Assembly: GCA_964475465.1 (NCBI GenBank)
Contig: CAYYXA010000047.1
Location: 20,466-84,465 of the forward strand
Length of the DNA stretch: 64,000 nt
Direction: 5' to 3'
DNA from: an uncultured Brevinematales bacterium
GTDB taxonomy: Bacteria > Spirochaetota > Brevinematia > DTOW01
The stretch's first letter is position 1; each line of letters begins with the position of its first letter. The position numbers and the translations under genes were made by a program. Shown here in pieces: positions 9,736-18,544 of this stretch. The notes beneath the pieces were generated by a model. It saw only the letters and a program-made list of their open reading frames with translations, was not told where the DNA came from and ran no database searches.

Positions 9736-9743
9736 GAGGGTGT

Positions 9744-10661
9744 ATGTATAGTTTCCTCGAGCCTATTAGGAAGCTTGATTTTGTAAAGCATAGGTTTTAC
9801 TTTATTGTGTTATCGGTAGTAATAGTTGCGGTGGGTATTGTTTTGTTTTTCGTAAAAGGTGGTTTTAAACAGAGCATTGATTTTGCTGGTGGTACAAGGT
9901 TGGAGGTTAAAATAGAAGATGGTGATGCAACAATAGATGTTGTTAGGAGGGTTATATCCTCAACTGGTGTAACGAAGGATGTCACTTATGTGGGTGCCCC
10001 TTCAGAAAGGATATTCTTGATAAGTATCGGAGTAAAAGAAAATTACGAGCAAGATGTAGAAAAAGTGAAGCAAGCTTTAGTTAAAGAATTTGGAGACAAA
10101 GTTATTTTGAGAGGTGAGAACACTGTTGGCCCTAGGTTGAGTCAGGAATTTTTTAGAAATGCTATGCTTTTGTCATTTATAGTTGGCCTTTTAATACTAG
10201 GATACATTTGGGTTAGGTTTGATTTGGTATTTGGTATTGGTGCTATTGTTGCATTGATACATGACTTGCTAATTGTTCTTACCGCGGTTTTAATATTTGA
10301 TATCGAGATGGATATAAGTATTATTGCTGCTATATTGACGATTCTTGGATACTCTGTTACGGACACGGTTGTTGTCTATGATAGAATAAGGGAAAACCTT
10401 GAGCTATCCAAGAGTGCGGAGATAGAGTATATTGTTAATACTAGCATAAGGCAAGTTATAGTTAGGTCTATATTGACATCCTTTACGACACTTCTTATAG
10501 TTGTTTCGTTTATAATCTGGGGGCCAGAAAACTTGAAAGGTTTTGCTGCATCTCTCTTGGTAGGTATAATAAGTGGTACTTATTCGTCTTTGTTTATTGC
10601 TTCTCCTGTTGTAATAGAACTTGAGAAGAGGAGATTGTTAGCTAAGGAGAAGGCTATATAA
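9744..10661 (+). CDS. secF: Protein translocase subunit SecF.
   Basis: It has a GGAGGG RBS, lies immediately after secD, and has the SecF membrane domain signature. Confidence 0.9.
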   Translation: MYSFLEPIRKLDFVKHRFYFIVLSVVIVAVGIVLFFVKGGFKQSIDFAGGTRLEVKIEDGDATIDVVRRVISSTGVTKDVTYVGAPSERIFLISIGVKENYEQDVEKVKQALVKEFGDKVILRGENTVGPRLSQEFFRNAMLLSFIVGLLILGYIWVRFDLVFGIGAIVALIHDLLIVLTAVLIFDIEMDISIIAAILTILGYSVTDTVVVYDRIRENLELSKSAEIEYIVNTSIRQVIVRSILTSFTTLLIVVSFIIWGPENLKGFAASLLVGIISGTYSSLFIASPVVIELEKRRLLAKEKAI

Positions 10662-11386
10662 TGGCTGTTCTCAGAGCTGAGAACATATATAAAAGGTATG
10701 GCAAGAGGTATGTTGTTAATGGTATTTCGCTTCTACTAAATAAGGGGGAAATTGTTGGGTTTTTGGGGCCAAACGGTGCTGGTAAGACTACAACATTTTA
10801 TATAATTGCTGGCATCGTTGATCCTGATGGTGGTAATGTTTTCTTTGATGATATTAACATCACTAGGTGGCCCATATACAAGCGTGCTAATCTAGGTATA
10901 GGTTATTTGCCACAGGAGCATTCGATATTTAGGAAACTGACAGTTGAGCAAAACGTTATGGCTGTTCTGGAGTTAAAAGGATTTTATGGAAAGGAGCTGG
11001 TGAGGAGGACTTTAGAGGTTCTCGAATATATGGGGTTAATGCACGTTAGGAAAACCGTTGCTGCGGCTCTGTCAGGAGGTGAAAAAAGAAGATTGGAGGT
11101 TGCTAGAATGATAGCGCTTGAACCTAATTTTCTACTTCTTGATGAACCTTTTACAGGGGTTGATCCTATAGCCATAAACGATATACAGAAAATTGTAAAG
11201 ATGTTGAAAGAAGACAAAGGCATCGGGGTTTTGATAACTGACCACAACGTTAGAGAGACTTTGAAGATAGTTGATAGAGCTTACATAATACATCATGGGC
11301 AGATCCTTGTAGAAGGTGATGCTGATACACTGATAAATGATCCAAAAGCGAAGGAAATATATTTAGGCCACGATTTCGAAATTTAG
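10661..11386 (+). CDS. lptB: LptB-like ABC transporter ATP-binding protein (lipopolysaccharide export ATPase family).
   Basis: Walker A (GPNGAGKTTTF), the ABC signature (LSGGEKRRLE) and Walker B (LLLDEPF) are present. The LptB-type C-terminus (KEIYLGHDFEI) and the LGIGYLPQE motif are also present. Confidence 0.8.
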   Translation: MAVLRAENIYKRYGKRYVVNGISLLLNKGEIVGFLGPNGAGKTTTFYIIAGIVDPDGGNVFFDDINITRWPIYKRANLGIGYLPQEHSIFRKLTVEQNVMAVLELKGFYGKELVRRTLEVLEYMGLMHVRKTVAAALSGGEKRRLEVARMIALEPNFLLLDEPFTGVDPIAINDIQKIVKMLKEDKGIGVLITDHNVRETLKIVDRAYIIHHGQILVEGDADTLINDPKAKEIYLGHDFEI

Positions 11387-11543
11387 CGATGAATTAGTTT
11401 TGTTTCAATTAAGTAGCTTGTTGTTTGGGAATGATCATCTTAAGGGTATGAGTTGGGTTTTTGAATTTTGTGGGAGTATGGAATAAAGATATGGAACCTC
11501 TCTGAAAATGTGATAAGTGTTTTTTAGGGAAATTCTAGGTAAT

Positions 11544-12897
<1,354 letters not shown>

Positions 12898-12911
12898 TTT
12901 GGGGTGTGAGT

Positions 12912-13106
12912 ATGCCTAAAAAGAATAAACCTAATACATCTGCTCAGAAGAGGTTTAAGGTTACAGGTACCGGTAAGATTTTGAGAAGACAGGAAGGAAT
13001 GAGACACTTGCTTTCTGATAAATCAAGAAGAAGAAAAAGAAGACTTAAGAAAGAAGTAGAAGTTGTAGGAGCTAGGTATAGAAAAATTCAGCAGATGATT
13101 GGATGA
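12912..13106 (+). CDS. rpmI: 50S ribosomal protein L35.
   Basis: It begins MPKKNK...KRFKVTGTGKILRRQEGMRHLL...KRRLK. The true ATG is at 12912; the ORF track starts at a GTG at 12906. Confidence 0.85.
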   Translation: MPKKNKPNTSAQKRFKVTGTGKILRRQEGMRHLLSDKSRRRKRRLKKEVEVVGARYRKIQQMIG

Positions 13107-14347
13107 TTTACATTTCACCTTATGAAAGAAGAAAAGTGATTTTAGGAGATCTCGTTGAGGAGAGATCTCCTTCTGTTGTGTTCCTAAAGAAAGCAAGTTC
13201 AGGTTACGTTCCATCTTCTAGTGTTTCTTTCATTAGTTACTTAGATCTTAAGGTTTTTGATAAATGTGATGAAAAGTTCAGTTTGTTTTTTCTTGATCCT
13301 GAGGTAGTTGATAATCTAGGGAACGATTACATTGATTTAATTAAAAGAATCTCAAGAAACAGAAATTTAGATTCTGTGTTTATAGTTTCTAGGTCACTAT
13401 CTGTGAATGGAGTTATTAACTTTCTTAGGAAGACTGATTTGAGCAAGTTTGTTAAGGAAAAGAAGATAGTGATTGATGTGGCTAGATTACCCAGAATTTC
13501 TGTACTCATGACAGAGAAGAAGTTTTATGAGCTTGTTCGCTTGCTGAATTTACTTAGTAAGAGAGGTTCAAAGAGGGTAGTTGTTGTGGCTACAAGAAAT
13601 AGTTTAGAGTACTTGGAGAGAAGGTTAAGGAATATTGGAATAAAGGCGAAAGCTTATCTTTCGTCGTATGATGAAAGAATTAGAAGGAGGGTTTTGATCA
13701 ATTTTCGTTTGGGTAGGTATGAGGTTTTGCTAGTTTCTAGAGGCTTTTTTAAGGCTTATAAGGGGATTTTGAATCTTGGGGTTGTAGTTTATTTTTCTCC
13801 TCCTGTTACTTTTTTAGATTTTTTTAGGGATTTGTCTAATTTCTCTTCTGAGGTTGGTTTTGATGGTGAAATTTTTGTTTTGTTCTCGGAGCGTGATGAG
13901 AGAGTTGTTTCTAGGATAATTAGGAGACACCAGAATATGGATAAACATTGTTTGCGTTTTGTTAACTTTCTGTTTTCTAAGGATAAGGTTGGGGCTATTA
14001 AAGATTATTTTTTAGATGGATACATTCGTGCTAAGTTGCTTTACGGTTTCGATGTAAATTTTTCGATTGATGGTTATTTTTATCGCGATGACTACGGTAT
14101 TGCGGACGCTCGTAATGTAAAATTTGTGGAAGTTGATGATCTGAAAGGTGGCTATTGGGAGATGAGAGATATAGTTAGTTTGCTTTTGGGATTAGATGAA
14201 GGGATGAGGTTTTATAGGGGGTTTGGTAGTATGAGGGGGCGAAGAAGTGATGAAGTTAAGGAAATTATTTATTCGGCTTTGAACGAAGGATTTTTGGATG
14301 TTAGGTTTTTCTTGAGAGATGGAGTTTTAGTTAAGAAGTTTTTTTGA
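13103..14347 (+). CDS. Hypothetical cytoplasmic protein that retains only a degenerate helicase C-terminal (RecA-like domain 2) fold. It is predicted to be catalytically inactive.
   Basis: The ATGA overlaps the rpmI stop. Residues from about 140 to 290 resemble DEAD-box motifs IV-V (RVVVVATRNSLEYLERRLRNIGIKAKAYLSSYDERIRRRVLINFRLGRYEVLLVSRGFFKAYKGI). There is no Walker A, no DEAD box and no HRIGRTGR. Confidence 0.5.
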   Translation: MIYISPYERRKVILGDLVEERSPSVVFLKKASSGYVPSSSVSFISYLDLKVFDKCDEKFSLFFLDPEVVDNLGNDYIDLIKRISRNRNLDSVFIVSRSLSVNGVINFLRKTDLSKFVKEKKIVIDVARLPRISVLMTEKKFYELVRLLNLLSKRGSKRVVVVATRNSLEYLERRLRNIGIKAKAYLSSYDERIRRRVLINFRLGRYEVLLVSRGFFKAYKGILNLGVVVYFSPPVTFLDFFRDLSNFSSEVGFDGEIFVLFSERDERVVSRIIRRHQNMDKHCLRFVNFLFSKDKVGAIKDYFLDGYIRAKLLYGFDVNFSIDGYFYRDDYGIADARNVKFVEVDDLKGGYWEMRDIVSLLLGLDEGMRFYRGFGSMRGRRSDEVKEIIYSALNEGFLDVRFFLRDGVLVKKFF

Positions 14348-14415
14348 GTTTCAAAACGCTTGAAAATTTACTTTCGAACTTTTTTAATATTTATAAGACG
14401 GTAGGGGGATTATGT

Positions 14416-16035
14416 ATGGATAATGTGAACAGGAGGATAAGGCGACAGAAAGCGATAAAGGAGTTTTTGACAGCTTTAGCTTTTTTATCACCTAACTTTT
14501 TCGGATTCTTGCTCATAACAGCGTTTCCTATAGTTGCAGTTTTCCTTTTGGCTCTTACGGAATGGGATGGTATTAGCTATGCTTCTAGGGCTGAGGGTGA
14601 GGTTCAATTTGTTCCTGTCAAAACTCTAGATAAGGATGTTTTTATACCTAAGGGTACTGAGGTGAAAGGTGAGGTTATAGTTGAGAAGAGATTTACGGGT
14701 AGAATGAACAAGGAGCTTGTTGGGTTTAGTGAGATAAAGCTGCCGAAAGTGGGTGATGATTTTGTAATTCCCGTTAGTGTTAAAGGAGGTAAGGAAGCTT
14801 TTACTTATAGGTTTCCTGAAAATTCTGAATTTATAGTTGAGATTGCTCTTTACATTACTAATAAAGTGACGAATAATGGGACTATTTCCGAAGTTGTAGA
14901 AATTACTAATGCTAAGGTTAGGTTTGTCAGTACTTCAGAGTTTGAGGTTACTACTGGAACTTCAATTGAGATTGTTGGTAAGATAAAGGAAGTTGTTGAA
15001 GGAATATATCCGGAGGGAGCCTTTGTGCCTGTTGAAAACATTACTGTTAGGGGAATTCACAAAACCGTTGTGAAGTTTGATGGCCTAACTACGGAGAGTG
15101 TTACTATTCCAGCTGGTACTGAGCCTATAGATATAGGTAAGATTGGTATGACTATTGAAGGATATTTTGCCAAAGTTATTTCGATTAAGCCGGGCGAAGA
15201 GTTTAACTTGCCTGAAGGTAAGGTTTTGGCTATTGAGGGATTTCCGGAGGTTAAGGCTGTTGTTAGCAAAGCTTTTATAAACGGTAAAACAGGCATAAAG
15301 TTTGTGGGTCTTGATAACTTCAAAAAATTGTTTACCAGGGATAAAGATTTCTGGAGATATTTTATAAACACGTTGATATTTATGTTAGAGGTTCCGCTAG
15401 GTATGGCTTTTGCCATAATTCTAGCTTTGGCGTTGAATCAGAAGTTGAAGGGAATAACTGTGTTTAGAGTTCTTTATTTCTTGCCTTACATATCAAACTT
15501 GGTTGCTGTTGCCATGTTGTGGAGATGGATATATAACGACAATGGGCTCCTTAATGACTTCTTGAAGTCTTTAGGTGTTATTAATCCGCCTAGCTGGCTT
15601 GGTGATGGGAATTGGGCTAAAGTTGCTATAATTGTCATGGATATATGGAAGAATGTTGGTTATACAATGCTAGTTTATTTGGCTTCTTTGCAGCAAATAC
15701 CTTCTTATTTGTACGAGGCAGCTGAGATTGATGGAGCTAACGGACTTCAGCAATTTGCTTATATCACGTGGCCAATGTTAGGTCCTACAAACTTCTTCTT
15801 GATCATTATCGGTATAATAAATGGTTTCCAGGCGTTTGGTTCTCAGTATGTTTTGACTGGTGGTGGTCCTGCTGGTGCTACCAAGACTATCGTTTACTAC
15901 ATATATAACAATGCTTTCCAGTGGTTCAAGATGGGATATGCTGCCGCTCTCTCCGTGTTCTTGTTCTTCGTGATGATGATATTCACTATAATTCAGTGGA
16001 AGATGGGGCAAGAGTCCACCACTTCCTCTTGGTAA
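14416..16035 (+). CDS. Sugar-type (CUT1/MalF-like) ABC transporter permease with an insert of about 270 aa between TM1 and the conserved GLDNF motif.
   Basis: A GGGGGA RBS precedes the ATG at 14416 (the ORF track starts at a TTG at 14344). The C-terminal half carries the permease EAA motif (EAAEIDGANGLQQFAYITWPMLGP). The large hydrophilic beta-rich insert lies between TM1 and FVGLDNFKKLF. Confidence 0.75.
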   Translation: MDNVNRRIRRQKAIKEFLTALAFLSPNFFGFLLITAFPIVAVFLLALTEWDGISYASRAEGEVQFVPVKTLDKDVFIPKGTEVKGEVIVEKRFTGRMNKELVGFSEIKLPKVGDDFVIPVSVKGGKEAFTYRFPENSEFIVEIALYITNKVTNNGTISEVVEITNAKVRFVSTSEFEVTTGTSIEIVGKIKEVVEGIYPEGAFVPVENITVRGIHKTVVKFDGLTTESVTIPAGTEPIDIGKIGMTIEGYFAKVISIKPGEEFNLPEGKVLAIEGFPEVKAVVSKAFINGKTGIKFVGLDNFKKLFTRDKDFWRYFINTLIFMLEVPLGMAFAIILALALNQKLKGITVFRVLYFLPYISNLVAVAMLWRWIYNDNGLLNDFLKSLGVINPPSWLGDGNWAKVAIIVMDIWKNVGYTMLVYLASLQQIPSYLYEAAEIDGANGLQQFAYITWPMLGPTNFFLIIIGIINGFQAFGSQYVLTGGGPAGATKTIVYYIYNNAFQWFKMGYAAALSVFLFFVMMIFTIIQWKMGQESTTSSW

Positions 16036-16053
16036 GATTTTAGGAGGTGTTTT

Positions 16054-17004
16054 ATGGCTAAGACAAAAGAACAATTTTATGGTCAAAGTCTTGTTGAAGA
16101 GAGAAAAAGGAAAGAGATGATAAGTAATTTGATTGCTTACATAATTTTGTCTATTGGTGCTTTTACTATGGTTATACCTTTCCTTTGGACTATATCTACT
16201 GCTTTGAAGGATCCTTCGGATGTTTACGATGGTAGGTTTATTCCCCAAAGATTTTCTTACATCTACGTTGACAAAGACGGAAAGTTTGTTCCTGGCAGTG
16301 CATACAGAGAAGGTTATAAGGAAGTTAGATCATGGTGGGCTAACTTTGTTAAGGCTTGGATAGCAGTTCCGTTTGATAAGTATTATAGGAACAGCTTGAT
16401 AGTTGCTACGATAACAACTTTGGGGCAGCTTGTTACTTGTACTCTTGCGGCTTACGCTTTTGCTAGGTTGAGATGGTTCGGCAGAGATGCCGTTTTCTTA
16501 TTGTACCTGGGTACGCTCATGGTGCCGTTCACCGTTACAATGATACCTGTTTACATACTATTCAAATTGCTTGGGTTGGTGAACACCCTCGTAGCTGTCA
16601 TATTACCTGCTCTATTTTCTGCTTTCGGTACTTTCCTACTTAGGCAATTCTTTGTGTCCATACCGTATGATCTAGAGGAAGCTGCTTTTATAGATGGAGC
16701 TAATAGACTTCAAATACTTTGGCATGTGATATTACCTTTGTCCAAGGGTGCTCTTGCTACACTAGGTACATTCACATTCCTATTCCAATGGAATGATTTC
16801 TTGTGGCCATTGGTCGTTTTGAACTCTGATGAGGTTAAAACTATACCGATTGGATTGACAGCATTCCAGTCTGCTTATGGCTCTCAGTGGGAACTTGTTA
16901 TGGCTGCTTCTTTAATAGCGTTGATTCCTGTTATATTAATATACCTATTTAACCAAAGGTTCTTCACAGAAAGCATCATGCTTACAGGTTTCGGCGGAAG
17001 GTAA
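16054..17004 (+). CDS. Sugar-type (MalG-like) ABC transporter permease.
   Basis: It has a GGAGG RBS, six TM helices and the EAA motif (EEAAFIDGANRLQILWHVILPL). Confidence 0.85.
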   Translation: MAKTKEQFYGQSLVEERKRKEMISNLIAYIILSIGAFTMVIPFLWTISTALKDPSDVYDGRFIPQRFSYIYVDKDGKFVPGSAYREGYKEVRSWWANFVKAWIAVPFDKYYRNSLIVATITTLGQLVTCTLAAYAFARLRWFGRDAVFLLYLGTLMVPFTVTMIPVYILFKLLGLVNTLVAVILPALFSAFGTFLLRQFFVSIPYDLEEAAFIDGANRLQILWHVILPLSKGALATLGTFTFLFQWNDFLWPLVVLNSDEVKTIPIGLTAFQSAYGSQWELVMAASLIALIPVILIYLFNQRFFTESIMLTGFGGR

Positions 17005-17008
17005 AGTT

Positions 17009-17031
17009 AAAAGGGGTTTTACCCCTTTTTT
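17009..17031. terminator. Rho-independent terminator (AAAAGGGGT-tt-ACCCCTTTTTT).
   Basis: It is a perfect GC-containing hairpin flanked by an A-run and a T-run, 5 nt after the permease stop. Confidence 0.65.
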
Positions 17032-17348
17032 AATCTATTTTGGATACAAGTACTTTTTACTTTTATGACACTGAAGGAGAAGTTTGGAAGAGCTTTGTTG
17101 TTTGGCCTTTCGATTATTTCTGCTAAGTTGTGTTAATGACTTTGTTGTGTTAACAAATTTTCCTGTTCTCTTAGTGCTTGTATACTTATGAGCAATGGGA
17201 GTATCAGCACTAGTAGAGAATAATAATGTTGCGACACATAGGGGTACTAAAACAAGCACTGTCGACATTGGTAGTTGCTAATCGATTTTTACATTCGTTG
17301 CTTGTGAGTAATTAAGAAGATTTTATCAATAGTGTAGAGCAATTTTTA

Positions 17349-18155
17349 TTAGCTAATTTTTACGTTTTCAAAGAGTTCGTCTATCTTTGAGGATATGTTC
17401 TCTGCTTTCATTAGTGTTTCACCAATAAGGAAGGCATTGAAACCTACCTTAATTAGTCTGGTTATGTCATCTTTGGTTTTTATGCCGCTTTCAGCAACTT
17501 TTATAGGTATTTCTTTGGGTATCTTTTCGAAAATTTTTTCCTGGTTTTCGATTGATACTTCAAGAGTTTTTAAGTTTCTGCTGTTTACACCTATCATATT
17601 TATGGGTAGCCCTTCCACCTTTACTAGATCTCTTTCGTCGTATATTTCTACTAATGTATCTAATCCTAGTTCCTGAGCGATAATTAGGTATTCGGATAAT
17701 TGGCTTTTTGTTAAACATGTTGCTATTAGAAGAATGCAGTCAGCACCTAAGTAAGCGCTTTCGTATATTTGGTACTCATCTATTATGAAATCTTTCCTTA
17801 GAATGGGTTTGTTTGTTATATTTTTTACTCTCTGGATATACGAAGGGTTGCCTTTAAAGTACTTTTTTTCAGTTAATACTGAGATACAGGATACATAATT
17901 GTTGTCGTTGTATACCTTGGCAACGTCTTCGGGGGATAGATCATCCCTTATTATGCCTTTTGAAGGCGAGGCGAATTTTATTTCTGCTATTAGCCCAGGT
18001 TTCGATGATGATATCCTGTTTAATAGCGAATTGAAGAATTTCCTTTCTGTTGATTTAGGTTTTTCTGTGAGTAAGCTTTTTATGTCCTTTAGGGGTAACT
18101 TCTGTTTACATTCGTCGACTTCATCTATTTTATCGAGCAAAATTTTCTCTAGCAT
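17349..18155 (-). CDS. trpC: Indole-3-glycerol phosphate synthase.
   Basis: It has the IGPS fold signature (LIAEIKFASPSKGII...ILRKDFIIDEYQIYES...). The start is placed at MLEKILLDK; the ORF track extends it to 18194. Confidence 0.8.
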   Translation of the reverse strand: MLEKILLDKIDEVDECKQKLPLKDIKSLLTEKPKSTERKFFNSLLNRISSSKPGLIAEIKFASPSKGIIRDDLSPEDVAKVYNDNNYVSCISVLTEKKYFKGNPSYIQRVKNITNKPILRKDFIIDEYQIYESAYLGADCILLIATCLTKSQLSEYLIIAQELGLDTLVEIYDERDLVKVEGLPINMIGVNSRNLKTLEVSIENQEKIFEKIPKEIPIKVAESGIKTKDDITRLIKVGFNAFLIGETLMKAENISSKIDELFENVKIS

Positions 18156-18544
18156 CCTTAGTTTAATAATAAACCAAAGATAAGTTTTATTCAAGTTCTG
18201 GGATATTCTATTAAGAGTTTCAATGGGAAGATATAGTTATTCTCTACGTTTCGTGCTCTTTTTGTTTAAAACACTGTGTATAAAAACTATGTAACTACAA
18301 GAGTAGTTATTTCCAATTGAAGAGATTTTCTTAGGTGATCATTTTGAAAAAGTTAATTAAGTTTTGCAGATTTTTTGTTTTGTGTTGTATATTTTTATGG
18401 ATTTGGAGGTCGAGTATGATAGACTTCGGTAGGCTCATTAAGGAAAGTTTGTCTTTTAGCAAATCTGAGAGTTTACCGAAGTTTCAGGAATTAAAAAACG
18501 AGGTTAGTGAAGACATGGACTCTTACTATAAGGAGGTGGTGTAT

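Noticed and set aside
13103-14347. Calling this ORF an active DEAD/DEAH-box RNA helicase.
   Set aside because: Only domain-2-like motifs are present. Walker A, motifs Ia and Ib, the DEAD box, SAT and the HRIGRTGR arginine finger are all absent.
14344-14415. The TTG start at 14344 given in the ORF track for the permease.
   Set aside because: An ATG at 14416 with a GGGGGA RBS gives a typical MalF-type N-terminus. The upstream extension has no RBS and overlaps the preceding gene.
17035-17268. A 77-aa minus-strand ORF in the permease/trpC intergenic region.
   Set aside because: It has no RBS, is lysine-rich and low-complexity, and overlaps the terminator.
18335-18544. The N-terminal 70 aa of the 774-aa ORF (MIILKKLIKF...).
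   Set aside because: A strong GGAGGTG RBS precedes an internal ATG at 18545 that starts directly with a TM anchor. The upstream extension is low-complexity and likely untranslated.
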